Numbered from the stretch's first letter, positions 16,285 to 25,453 are shown. The stretch is 42,163 nt of DNA from Candidatus Levyibacteriota bacterium (GCA_016192645.1 JACPTT010000018.1:1-42163); one strand, 5' to 3'. Translations and numbers: made by a program. Notes: generated by a model not told the origin, from the sequence alone.

Positions 16285-16677
16285 ATGCAAAAGATCCATC
16301 TTGCCGAGGAGGAAGCTTGGGATAAAAAGAGAATTGCTGTCGGCGTAATAATTACGCTCCTTCTAGCAGCGGGCATAGCTTACGGCGCGAAGAGTTTCTT
16401 TTTGGAAAAAAAACAAGGTATTGTTGCCGGAGCAAGAGTGGAAAGAGAGAGAGTCCTTGCTCCAATCGAAAATCAACCTTCATTTTCTCTCCCCTCACAG
16501 TCCGATATCCAGCAGGAAATAGATAAGATAAGGCAAGATGCGTTAAAATTAAATGTTTCGGAAATTGCTTCTTCTTCTCCTCAAGTTCAAAAAGTTCTTA
16601 ATGATATTAAGACGCTTGGGGATTATCCGCGTAGCCAAGCTAAAGATATTTGCCAACAAATTTGTAGCGGTCTGTGA
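16285..16677 (+). CDS. Hypothetical single-pass membrane protein
   Basis: One N-terminal TM helix, helical C-terminus ending CQQIC; GTGA overlap with the next gene. Confidence 0.7.
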   Translation: MQKIHLAEEEAWDKKRIAVGVIITLLLAAGIAYGAKSFFLEKKQGIVAGARVERERVLAPIENQPSFSLPSQSDIQQEIDKIRQDALKLNVSEIASSSPQVQKVLNDIKTLGDYPRSQAKDICQQICSGL

Positions 16678-17936
16678 ACAAAATTAAAAAACTTTTGAAA
16701 ATTTTAGGACCGGGTTTTATTACCGGAGCATCCGATGATGACCCCTCAGGTATTGCCACTTATTCTCAGGCAGGGGCGCTTTTTGGATTTGGGCAACTTT
16801 GGACCGCGCCATTTTCCTTTCCGCTGATGACAGCCGTACAGGAAATGTGCGGCAGGATTGGGCTTGTAAGCGGAAAAGGCCTTGCCGGAGTAATACGAGC
16901 AAATTATTCAAAAAAGATTTTGTATCTTGCGGTTTTTCTTCTTGTAATTGCAAACACTATTAATATAGGAGCGGATTTAGGCGCAATGGCGGCATCTGCG
17001 CAATTATTAGTTGGTTTGCCATTTGTTTTTTGGTTATTGTTTATGGTTGCTATTACATTATTGCTTGAGGTCTTTGTTTCCTATAAAACCTATTCTAAAT
17101 ATCTTAAATATTTAACATTTGCCCTTTTTTCTTACGTGGCAACTGCTTTTGTTGTGAAGATTGATTGGCGAACGGTTTTTTTCTCAACAGTTCTTCCTCA
17201 ACTGGAGTTTAGCAAGGTATATCTTTTGAATATTGTGGCAATTTTAGGAACAACAATTTCTCCGTACCTTTTTTTCTGGCAGGCAAGTGAGGAGGTTGAA
17301 GAAGAAGTAGCACATCATAAGCTGCGAGCTATGGGCGCAGGACAGCCTAAGGTTGTCCCAAAAGATATTTCGCGGCTTCGACTGGATACGGCTATCGGAA
17401 TGTTTTTCTCAAATCTTATTATGTGGTTTATTATTATTACCGCGGGAGCAACCCTGTTTCCCCATGGAATAAGCGCCATAAAAAGCGCTTCTGATGCGGC
17501 AGCTGCATTAAAGCCTCTTGCCGGAGATCTTGCCTTTTTCCTTTTTGCCCTAGGCATTATTGGCACCGGTCTTTTGGCTGTACCAATACTTTGCGGTTCG
17601 GCATCGTATGCAATTTCTGAGAGCTTTGGATGGAAGGAAGGGCTTTATATGAAGCCCAAAAAGGCACCCGGCTTTTACGGTGTTATTATAATTGCTACGC
17701 TTATTGGAGTTTTGATTAATTTCATAGGAATAAGTCCTATTGCCGCCTTATATTATACGGCGGTTATTAATGGTATAATTGCCCCGCCGCTTTTGGTAAT
17801 TATCTTGCTTATTGCGAACAATAAAAAGATTATGGGAGAGCGGGTTAATAATAAATTACTTAATGCCTTAGGAATAATAACAGTCGCTGTTATGAGTGTT
17901 GCAGCTGCTGTCCTGCTATTTACATGGAAGAGTTAA
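16674..17936 (+). CDS. NRAMP/MntH-family divalent metal transporter
   Basis: LGPGFITGASDDDPSGIATYSQAGA, GTTISPYLFFWQ, about 11 hydrophobic segments. Confidence 0.88.
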   Translation: MNKIKKLLKILGPGFITGASDDDPSGIATYSQAGALFGFGQLWTAPFSFPLMTAVQEMCGRIGLVSGKGLAGVIRANYSKKILYLAVFLLVIANTINIGADLGAMAASAQLLVGLPFVFWLLFMVAITLLLEVFVSYKTYSKYLKYLTFALFSYVATAFVVKIDWRTVFFSTVLPQLEFSKVYLLNIVAILGTTISPYLFFWQASEEVEEEVAHHKLRAMGAGQPKVVPKDISRLRLDTAIGMFFSNLIMWFIIITAGATLFPHGISAIKSASDAAAALKPLAGDLAFFLFALGIIGTGLLAVPILCGSASYAISESFGWKEGLYMKPKKAPGFYGVIIIATLIGVLINFIGISPIAALYYTAVINGIIAPPLLVIILLIANNKKIMGERVNNKLLNALGIITVAVMSVAAAVLLFTWKS

Positions 17937-18937
17937 GAGAAAGAGTAAATAAACTATTAGGAAAATTAAATATCGAAGAAAAAAAGAGAAAAGCGAGAGA
18001 GCTTGAGAAAGAAGCCGCAGACCCCTCTTTTTGGAAAGATCGACATATTGCTGCTGAAAAAATGAAGGAGCTAGCCAATCTTCAAAAAGAAATTACGGAG
18101 ATTGAAGAGCTTCAGGAGCTTATTGCTTCCGGTCAAGACGAGAAGGCGCAGAAACTTTTGGAAAAGCTTGAAGTCTTACTCTATTTTTCAGGACCTTACG
18201 ATGAGGGAGGAGCTATTCTTTCAATTCACTCGGGTCAGGGAGGAGTTGAGGCAATGGACTGGGCGCAAATGCTTTATCGAATGTATGCGCGGTTTTTTGA
18301 ACGAAAAGGGTGGTCGTTTGAAGTAATTGAAGAAACGCCGGGGGAGGAGGCAGGGGTTAAAAGCGTGGCTATTACAGTTGATGGAAAGCGCAGCTATGGC
18401 TATTTAAAAGGGGAGGCTGGCGTCCATCGTCTGGTTCGGCAATCTCCCTTTAATGCCGATAAGCTTAGGCAAACCTCCTTTGCCTTGGTTGAGGTTTTGC
18501 CGCAGATTGCGGAAGGTTCGGAAACTGCGATAAAAGAAGACGATTTAGAATGGGAGTTCTACCGGGCAAGCAGCAAAGGCGGCCAAAATGTGCAGAAGGT
18601 TTCCTCCGCTGTTCGTTTGCGTCATAAGCCATCAGGGATTGTGGTAACAGCGCAATCAGAGCGTTATCAAGGGCAAAATCGCGAGTATGCATTGAGAGTT
18701 TTGCGGGCAAAGCTTTGGTTGCGGCAAGAAGAGGAGCGAAAAATTGAAGAACAAAAGCTGCGGGGCGAATATAAAACTCCAGGCTGGGGCAATCAGATTC
18801 GTTCTTACGTCTTACATCCCTACCATATGGTAAAGGATTTGCGGACTGGTTTTGAAACAAGTAATACGGAGGCTGTTTTAGATGGAGATCTTGACGGTTT
18901 TATCGAAGCCGAACTTAGGGGGATAGGGTTGCCATAA
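17924..18937 (+). CDS. prfB: Peptide chain release factor 2 (no programmed frameshift, shortened N-domain)
   Basis: GEAGVHRLVRQSPF (SPF), GGQ, WGNQIRSYVLHPYHMVKDLRT. Confidence 0.95.
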   Translation: MEELRERVNKLLGKLNIEEKKRKARELEKEAADPSFWKDRHIAAEKMKELANLQKEITEIEELQELIASGQDEKAQKLLEKLEVLLYFSGPYDEGGAILSIHSGQGGVEAMDWAQMLYRMYARFFERKGWSFEVIEETPGEEAGVKSVAITVDGKRSYGYLKGEAGVHRLVRQSPFNADKLRQTSFALVEVLPQIAEGSETAIKEDDLEWEFYRASSKGGQNVQKVSSAVRLRHKPSGIVVTAQSERYQGQNREYALRVLRAKLWLRQEEERKIEEQKLRGEYKTPGWGNQIRSYVLHPYHMVKDLRTGFETSNTEAVLDGDLDGFIEAELRGIGLP

Positions 18938-18981
18938 TTTAGAAAATATGGTTTACTTAAGGGGAGGTGAAAGCTTAGTTT

Positions 18982-19446
18982 ATGGATGATCAAACTACAG
19001 ATCAATTGGTTCATGACATGGTTCAAGCGCAAAAGCCACCATTTTTTTCCACAAAGCTAGTAGTCGCATTAATTATAGTGCTGTTGTTAGGAGGAGGGAG
19101 CGGGTATCTTTTGGCGCAAATAACGAAAGAAGGCGGTTTAGGTATTATTACTACAAATACCACAGGAGGGGGTTCATCGGCTACTGCAGGAACAGTGGTG
19201 GGATCAGACGATCTTAAGACTTTTAAAGACATTGCGGAAGGAAAACTGGAAAAAGGAGGAATTGATGGAGAGGGACAATTCCATTTAGTGCGGCCCGGAG
19301 GACAAAGTCAGAATGTTTATATGACTTCCTCCATTGTTGATTTATCGTTATTTATCGGAAAAAAAGTTAAAGTTTGGGGCGAGACGCAAAAAGCGCAGAA
19401 GGCAGGCTGGCTTATGGATGTTGGCAGAGTTGAAGTTTTAGAATGA
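18982..19446 (+). CDS. Hypothetical membrane-anchored protein with a small beta-rich C-domain
   Basis: SD GGAGGTGA at 18963-18970; TM helix; C-terminal DLSLFIGKKVKVWG suggests an OB-like barrel. Confidence 0.7.
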   Translation: MDDQTTDQLVHDMVQAQKPPFFSTKLVVALIIVLLLGGGSGYLLAQITKEGGLGIITTNTTGGGSSATAGTVVGSDDLKTFKDIAEGKLEKGGIDGEGQFHLVRPGGQSQNVYMTSSIVDLSLFIGKKVKVWGETQKAQKAGWLMDVGRVEVLE

Positions 19447-19452
19447 TCTATT

Positions 19453-20139
19453 ATGATAAGACTTGATAAAGTTTCAAAAACCTTTAGCGCGGGATCTACT
19501 GCTCTTTCTGACATTTCTTTAAATGTAGAAAAGGGAGAATTTGTTTTTTTGGTTGGACCAACGGGGAGCGGTAAAACAACTGTTTTTCGCCTGCTTATTC
19601 GGCAAATGCTACCTTCAAAGGGCTCAATTGTTGTTGGCGGATGGGATATCCTCAAACTTCCCCATCGCAAGCTCCCAAATTTACGAAAAAAAATCGGCGT
19701 GGTGTTCCAGGACCTAAAACTTTTGTTTGACCGCACTGTTTTTGAAAATATTATGTTGCCTCTTGAGGTAGTTGGAGTAAGGCAAGAGGAGGCAAAAAAA
19801 AGAGTTGGTGAGGTAATGTCGCAAGTTGGAATCTCCAATCACAGAAACAAATTTCCCATCCAGCTTTCAGGCGGAGAGCTACAGCGAACTGCAATCGCAA
19901 GAGCCTTGGCTCTTTCTCCGGATATTCTTTTAGCAGATGAGCCAACCGGCAATTTAGATCCCGCAACATCTAATGAGATCGTAAAGTTGTTGTCCGAGAT
20001 TAACAAAAAAGGAACAACGATTGTTATGGCAACACATAATGTTGAAGTTGTAAATAAGTTTGCAAAACGCGTCGTTGCCTTGGATAAAGGAAGACTTACC
20101 AAGGACGAGAAGAAAGGAAAATATGCAGCGGCATCTTAA
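19453..20139 (+). CDS. ftsE: Cell division ABC ATPase FtsE
   Basis: GPTGSGKT, IGVVFQD, LSGGELQR, LLADEPTGNLD; followed by ftsX. Confidence 0.92.
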   Translation: MIRLDKVSKTFSAGSTALSDISLNVEKGEFVFLVGPTGSGKTTVFRLLIRQMLPSKGSIVVGGWDILKLPHRKLPNLRKKIGVVFQDLKLLFDRTVFENIMLPLEVVGVRQEEAKKRVGEVMSQVGISNHRNKFPIQLSGGELQRTAIARALALSPDILLADEPTGNLDPATSNEIVKLLSEINKKGTTIVMATHNVEVVNKFAKRVVALDKGRLTKDEKKGKYAAAS

Positions 20140-20992
20140 GACAGCATGGCATCATATAAGGCGCTACCCCTACCAGACATCGGCGGCAGTTTTGATTATG
20201 ACCTTAACATTTTTTGTTATCTCGGCTTTTACATTTATTATTTTGGGTTCATCAAAAATCATTTCTTTTTTTGAGTCCAAACCTCAGGTGACGGCCTTTT
20301 TTAGGGAGGAAACAAAACAGGAAAATATAGATGCGCTTAAGGACCAGTTAAATGCAACCGGAAAGGTTGCGGCAATCCGCTTTGTTTCAAAACAGGAAGC
20401 GATTGAACTTTATACTCAGCAGAATAAAGACGACCCCCTGCTTTTGGAGTTTGTAACAGCAGATATTCTGCCAGCATCCTTGGAAATATCAACGGTTAAG
20501 ATCGATGATTTGTCAGGAATTTCGGAGATGCTAAAGCAATCACCATTTGTGGAGAATGTAATTTTCCAAAAAGATGTTGTTTCTACCTTGACAGCCTGGA
20601 CAAGCGCAATCAGAAAGATTGGGGTAGCCCTTATCGCAGGCCTTTCTCTTGTTTCAATTTTTATTATGGCAACGATTATTGGGATTAAAATATCGCATAA
20701 GAAAGAGGAGATTGAAATAATGCGTTTAATTGGCGCAACCTCTTGGTATGTGCGCTGGCCGTTTCTTTTTGAGGGCGTATTTTATGCAGTTTTGGGTGCG
20801 TTTTTGGGTTGGTTTGTTGCTTCGGGAGTGCTTTTGTACGCAACTCCCTTTTTGTCAACTTTTTTGCAGGGTGTTCCGCTTCTTCCGGTTCCCCCGCTGT
20901 TTCTTTTAGGGTTGCTAGGTGTGGAATTTTTGTTTGCAATAATTTTAAGCATTTTTTCCAGCTTTTTGGCAGTCCTTCGGTATTTGAAATAA
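20123..20992 (+). CDS. ftsX: Cell division permease FtsX
   Basis: One TM, an extracellular domain, then three TMs; EIEIMRLIGATSWYVRWPFLFEG. ATG 20123 preferred. Confidence 0.9.
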   Translation: MQRHLKTAWHHIRRYPYQTSAAVLIMTLTFFVISAFTFIILGSSKIISFFESKPQVTAFFREETKQENIDALKDQLNATGKVAAIRFVSKQEAIELYTQQNKDDPLLLEFVTADILPASLEISTVKIDDLSGISEMLKQSPFVENVIFQKDVVSTLTAWTSAIRKIGVALIAGLSLVSIFIMATIIGIKISHKKEEIEIMRLIGATSWYVRWPFLFEGVFYAVLGAFLGWFVASGVLLYATPFLSTFLQGVPLLPVPPLFLLGLLGVEFLFAIILSIFSSFLAVLRYLK

Positions 20993-21011
20993 TATTTAAG
21001 ATGTATGGCAT

Positions 21012-22223
21012 ATGAGTCTTTTGACGAAAAAATGGATAGCTCTTTTCTTCCTTGTCACATCTTTGGTTTTTCTCAATAATAATTTCACAAGCGCACAAGA
21101 GCCAACGCCAACTCCAACACCAACTATAGCTCCTGATACATCTTCGGACACGCTTCTTAAAGATCTTCAAAACAGGATAAACGAGCTAGAAAAGAAAGTT
21201 GCCGATCTTCAGAGTCAAGAGCGAACTCTTTCTTCTCAAATTGCAATTATGGATAGTCAGATAAAATTAACGCAGCTTCGAATTAACGCAACAAAGCAAG
21301 AAATAGAGGAGATAACCGCAGATATTGAAATAACAACGGAAAAAATATTAAGTCTTGAGGAGTCTTTGGATAAAATCACAAAAGTACTTATCAACAGAAT
21401 TGTTGCTACCTATCGGGTGGGAAGCATTCAGCCTTTGCAGATTTTACTTTCCTCAAATACGGTATCGGATTTCTTTACGCGAGCAAATTACTTGCGGATT
21501 GCGCAAGCGAATGATAAGAAGCTAATTTTTGCAACCCAGCAGGCAAAAAATGATTATAGTAACCAAAAAGAAATTTTCGAAGACAAGAAAGATAAGGTAG
21601 AAGCTCTAAAGAAACAGCTAGAGGCATATACCGCGCGCCTTGATCAGGAAAAGAAAAGCAAAGAGGTTCTTTTAGAAATAACAAGAAATGATGAAGAGCG
21701 TTATCAAGAGCTTTTGCAAAGACTGCGGGCAGATGCCGATTCTATCCGCCGCGCTATATCTAACGTTGGAGTCTCAATAGGACTTAAGAAACGAGGGGAG
21801 AAAATTGCTAACGTTGGAAGCTCTGGATGTTCTACCGGACCACATTTGCATCTTGAGGTATTTGAAAATGCAAGAGTTGCTAATGGAAGGGTTGAAGGCA
21901 ATAGGGTTGATCCAAAGCCATTTTTGGATGATGGGAGATTTTTTAAGGTAGTTGATTTTTATGACGGTAAATATTGGAAAGAAGGAGGGAGCATTACGAC
22001 ACTTTTTAATGAATTTTATAATATTTTTGGTGCTGCAACTGCCCATACTGGACTTGATATTGCAGGTCCGTACGGATCTCCAATTTATGCTGCGGCAGAC
22101 GGAGAGGCTTATTTGGCATCCGCATCCTGTCCCTATCAAATTCAGGGAGGAACATCGGTTGGAAGAGGAATTATTATGGATCATAAAAATGGCTATGTCA
22201 CCCTCTACTGGCACATACCTTAA
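21012..22223 (+). CDS. FtsEX-associated coiled-coil peptidoglycan hydrolase with a circularly permuted M23 domain
   Basis: Signal peptide, PcsB/CwlO-like coiled coil (LLSSNTVSDFFTRANYL), then STGPHLHLE before HTGLDIA...YVTLYWH. Confidence 0.85.
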   Translation: MSLLTKKWIALFFLVTSLVFLNNNFTSAQEPTPTPTPTIAPDTSSDTLLKDLQNRINELEKKVADLQSQERTLSSQIAIMDSQIKLTQLRINATKQEIEEITADIEITTEKILSLEESLDKITKVLINRIVATYRVGSIQPLQILLSSNTVSDFFTRANYLRIAQANDKKLIFATQQAKNDYSNQKEIFEDKKDKVEALKKQLEAYTARLDQEKKSKEVLLEITRNDEERYQELLQRLRADADSIRRAISNVGVSIGLKKRGEKIANVGSSGCSTGPHLHLEVFENARVANGRVEGNRVDPKPFLDDGRFFKVVDFYDGKYWKEGGSITTLFNEFYNIFGAATAHTGLDIAGPYGSPIYAAADGEAYLASASCPYQIQGGTSVGRGIIMDHKNGYVTLYWHIP

Positions 22224-22231
22224 GTTTTAAA

Positions 22232-23134
22232 ATGAAACTGGCAAAGTTATGGGCTGTCTTTTTTCTTTTTTTCTTGTTCTTTCTTTTCCCGCAAAAAACC
22301 TTCGCAGCTTTTAGTTTCAGCATTGATAGTACCAGCGCAGGAGTAGTCTCTTCAGGAGATCAAGAAGTAGATGTAAATTTAAGTATTGTTGATCTTCCAA
22401 GCGAGTCGTATTTTAGGGTTGCTTTGCAGAAAGAAAGCGGAGGTTCTTACTATGGATATGTGAAGAACAATAATGGAGATTGGGTAGCAATTCAGCCTTT
22501 TAGCGCTGACTGTTCGGTATATTACAGAGCGAGCGATACTTCAATTATTTCTCTACAACTTCAGTTTAAATTGGGAGCTAACGAAATAGATAATGGTAGC
22601 TATAATCTTAAGGCGCACAGATTTACAAGCACAGGTAGCTGTAGCTCAACAAAAGCTACAAATGATTATGCTGTTACAGTTTCGTTGTCTACGCCAACTT
22701 CAACTCCCACTCTCGTTCCAACGAACACTCCTGTTCCAACCGCAACAAGTGTTCCGACGCCGACGAAGACCCCAACGCCGGCTCCCGTAAAAACTCCCAC
22801 GCCGACTCCAAAATCGGGGTCAACCAGTGGTTCGGGGACAACATCAACACCGGTTCCTACAAAAGTTTTAGCGTTTTCCTCTCAAGCTGCAGGCGGGAGC
22901 GGAAATATCAATACCGCAGTTTCTCCAACAGTGAATCTAAGCCCAACCCCGACCAAATCGGAATCAACTAAAAAACCAACGCCAACCCCGATTAAATCGG
23001 GACAAACGGCAGTTCTTGGGGTTGCCCAAAGCAATCTTTCAAAAATCTTGATAGGACTTGGTGTTGTTTTTCTTGCCGCATGCGGTATAATTGCCTTTCG
23101 CTCGTTTAGAAAAGAGGACGGACCCATGCTTTAA
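22232..23134 (+). CDS. Surface protein: signal peptide, beta-rich domain, Pro/Thr-rich stalk, C-terminal TM anchor
   Basis: TFA-A cleavage-like site, (PT)n linker, C-terminal hydrophobic helix followed by basic residues. Confidence 0.75.
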   Translation: MKLAKLWAVFFLFFLFFLFPQKTFAAFSFSIDSTSAGVVSSGDQEVDVNLSIVDLPSESYFRVALQKESGGSYYGYVKNNNGDWVAIQPFSADCSVYYRASDTSIISLQLQFKLGANEIDNGSYNLKAHRFTSTGSCSSTKATNDYAVTVSLSTPTSTPTLVPTNTPVPTATSVPTPTKTPTPAPVKTPTPTPKSGSTSGSGTTSTPVPTKVLAFSSQAAGGSGNINTAVSPTVNLSPTPTKSESTKKPTPTPIKSGQTAVLGVAQSNLSKILIGLGVVFLAACGIIAFRSFRKEDGPML

Positions 23135-23154
23135 TGATTTAAATCATTAAAGCA
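23127..23154. repeat. Perfect 28-bp palindrome
   Basis: TGCTTTAATGATTT|AAATCATTAAAGCA, spanning the stop codon of the upstream gene. Confidence 0.85.
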
Positions 23155-23167
23155 ACAATAGTCGAAA

Positions 23168-23662
23168 ATGAGAGAAGAAATATTTATTACAAGCAGTTAT
23201 GAAGAAACTCAAAAGATTGCACAAGAAATGACAAAGGGGTTGAACCCCTTTAGGGGTTCAACCCCTACTAAGGCACTGGTAATTGCCCTATATGGAGAAC
23301 TGGGAAGTGGAAAAACGACTTTTGTTCAAGGGTTGGCAAGAGGACTTGGGATAAAAAGAAGAATTATATCGCCAACGTTTATTATTGTACGTTCGTACAA
23401 AATCAAAAATCAAAAATCAAAAATCAAAATTACAGATCAAAGTTCAAAAATTTTTTACCATACCGACCTTTATAGGATACAATCAGTTAAAGACTTAGAA
23501 GGATTAGGACTAGGAGAAATAATAAATAATCAAAATAATATAGTTGTAATTGAGTGGGCGGAAAAAATAGCAGAGTTACTGCCAAAAAATAGAATGGATA
23601 TAGAATTTGAATATGTGGACGAGAATAGGAGAAAGATAACGATAAAAAGGTTGTCATCCTGA
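23168..23662 (+). CDS. tsaE: tRNA threonylcarbamoyladenosine biosynthesis ATPase TsaE
   Basis: LYGELGSGKTTFVQG, SPTF, HTDLYRI, VIEWAE; carries two repeat-derived insertions. Confidence 0.93.
   Translation: MREEIFITSSYEETQKIAQEMTKGLNPFRGSTPTKALVIALYGELGSGKTTFVQGLARGLGIKRRIISPTFIIVRSYKIKNQKSKIKITDQSSKIFYHTDLYRIQSVKDLEGLGLGEIINNQNNIVVIEWAEKIAELLPKNRMDIEFEYVDENRRKITIKRLSS
23235..23266. repeat. Doubled REP-like palindrome inside tsaE
   Basis: AGGGGTTGAACCCCT-TT-AGGGGTTCAACCCCT; each half is self-complementary and the two halves are reverse complements. Confidence 0.85.
23398..23451 (+). repeat. 7-mer tandem array CAAAAAT inside tsaE
   Basis: CAAAAT CAAAAAT x3 CAAAATT ... CAAAGTT CAAAAAT; translated as KIKNQKSKIKITDQSSKI. 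Confidence 0.85.
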
Positions 23663-23675
23663 CAAAAAGAAGATT

Positions 23676-24272
23676 ATGCAGCAAGATATTGAAAAAGCCA
23701 TTAAAGTTTTTAAAAATGGTGGGATTGTAATCTTTCCAACGGACACCGCTTTTGGCATCGGGTGCAGGATGGATGACGAAAGAGCTGTTAAGCGATTATT
23801 CGAGGTTCGGAAAAGACCAAAAAAGCAGGCAGTTTCAGTTCTTGTTCATACTATTGATATGGCTCAGGAGTATTTACAGCCTATTCCCCAGGAAGTTTTT
23901 GATAAACTCATTAGTCAATATTGGCCTGGAGCTCTTACTATTATTCTTTCGTGTAAAACCGAGAAAGTCCCAAGTCTTGTTAGAGGTGGAGAAAACAGGT
24001 TGGGCGTTCGAATTCCCAATCACCCTGTTATTTTAGAAATCATCCGTGAGGTTGGAGTTCCAATCCTGGGGCCGTCGGCGAACTTCCATGGTAAAGAAAC
24101 CCCCTATGTGTTTTCGGATCTTGATCCAAGGCTTATAGAGCTTGTTGATTTTGTAATTTCGGGAGAAACGAGTTTGATTAGACAACCGTCAACGGTGATT
24201 GACTGTTCAGTTTCGCTTTGGAAAATAGTACGGCAGGGCGCTGTCAAATTAAAAATTAAAAGTGAAAAATGA
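23676..24272 (+). CDS. tsaC: L-threonylcarbamoyladenylate synthase (TsaC/Sua5, YrdC domain)
   Basis: FPTDTAFGIG, KRP, YWPGALT, GVRIP, PSAN, PSTVID. Confidence 0.92.
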   Translation: MQQDIEKAIKVFKNGGIVIFPTDTAFGIGCRMDDERAVKRLFEVRKRPKKQAVSVLVHTIDMAQEYLQPIPQEVFDKLISQYWPGALTIILSCKTEKVPSLVRGGENRLGVRIPNHPVILEIIREVGVPILGPSANFHGKETPYVFSDLDPRLIELVDFVISGETSLIRQPSTVIDCSVSLWKIVRQGAVKLKIKSEK

Positions 24273-24610
24273 AAAATTACAAAGAAAAAACAAAAAATAT
24301 TACTTTAATTATAGATACTGCAAGCAGTGAAAAGGTTATTGTTGAGTTAAAGATTAATAATCGAAGGTATAAAGCACAGCGAAAGATTGATCAGAGAAAG
24401 GCTCAGGCAGTTTTACCAATAATCAAGACCATTTTGGAAAAACATAAAATTTCGCTTTCGGATATTCAAAATATTAAAGTGAATCAGGGGCCGGGTTCAT
24501 TTACGGGTTTAAGGGTTGGGATTTCGGTTGCAAATGCGCTTTCGTTTGCCCTAAAGATTCCGTTTAACAAGAAAAAAGTAGGAGAGTTTGTCCAAGCTTT
24601 ATATGAATGA
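24269..24610 (+). CDS. tsaB: TsaB, N-terminal domain only (113 aa)
   Basis: LIIDTAS, GPGSFTGLRVGISVANAL; tsaE-tsaC-tsaB context. Confidence 0.88.
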   Translation: MKNYKEKTKNITLIIDTASSEKVIVELKINNRRYKAQRKIDQRKAQAVLPIIKTILEKHKISLSDIQNIKVNQGPGSFTGLRVGISVANALSFALKIPFNKKKVGEFVQALYE

Positions 24611-24622
24611 TATACTGGTTGT

Positions 24623-25453
24623 ATGAGGGAATTTTTTCATCACCTTTTTGTGCCGCGTGAGTCAAACAACCATCGCGCGAAATTACTTTCGCACCAGTTC
24701 CTTCTTTTTATTGTTTTTCTTCTTTTTGTTGGACAGTTCTTTCTTCCGGTTATTAAAGCAAACTTTTCTGACGTGTTGGGAGTTTCAACAAATATCTCAC
24801 CACAAGCGCTTCTTATGCTGGTTAATCAAAAAAGGCAAGAACAAAAACTGATACCCTTAACTTTAGACAAACAATTATCTTTGGCGGCAGGCAGCAAAGC
24901 TAGCGATATGTTTGCCAAAAATTACTGGGCGCATAATGCTCCGGATGGCATAACACCTTGGTCTTTTGTCAAAGAATCAGAATACGATTATGTATATGCG
25001 GGAGAGAATTTGGCGAGGGGCTTTACAAAGTCAGAAGAGATCGTAGATGCCTGGATGCAAAGCACAACCCATCGGGATAACCTGCTTTCGCAAAACTATG
25101 AAAATGTTGGATTTTACGCTGCACAGGGAAGGTTGCTGGGAGAAGAGACCACTTTGGTGGTTGCGATGTTTGGCAGTAAGAATATAAATCCGCTCGCAAA
25201 GAGCAGTGCGGTTCCAAGCGGCGAGGTTTTTGCCGTATCTTTAGAAAGAAAGCCTCTTATAAATAGTTTTTCCTTTGCACGTTCAACAGGCGTTGCGATA
25301 CTCTTGCTTTTTATCGTTATTCTTGTTTTAGATCTAATTATTGTTACACGCAGAAAAATTGTGCGTTTGGTTGGGCACAATATCGATCACATCCTTCTTT
25401 TGGGAATTGTTTTGATATTCGCAGTGCTATTTAGTAAAGGAGTTATACTGTGA
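24623..25453 (+). CDS. Membrane-anchored CAP (SCP-like) domain protein
   Basis: KASDMFAKNYWAH, AGENLA, AWMQSTTHRDNLL; N- and C-terminal TMs. Confidence 0.88.
   Translation: MREFFHHLFVPRESNNHRAKLLSHQFLLFIVFLLFVGQFFLPVIKANFSDVLGVSTNISPQALLMLVNQKRQEQKLIPLTLDKQLSLAAGSKASDMFAKNYWAHNAPDGITPWSFVKESEYDYVYAGENLARGFTKSEEIVDAWMQSTTHRDNLLSQNYENVGFYAAQGRLLGEETTLVVAMFGSKNINPLAKSSAVPSGEVFAVSLERKPLINSFSFARSTGVAILLLFIVILVLDLIIVTRRKIVRLVGHNIDHILLLGIVLIFAVLFSKGVIL

Noticed and set aside
17924..18010. Expected RF2 +1 programmed frameshift (CTT TGA)
   Set aside because: The ORF is continuous and no such site is present; frameshift-free prfB is common.
19317..20102. Long minus-strand ORFs (173 aa and 87 aa) opposite ftsE
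   Set aside because: Antisense shadows of a conserved ABC ATPase; no independent motifs.
22690..23000. Repetitive Pro/Thr-coding DNA (also 21100-21130)
   Set aside because: Codon-phased protein-level low complexity with varied synonymous codons; an ordinary linker, not a DNA repeat element.
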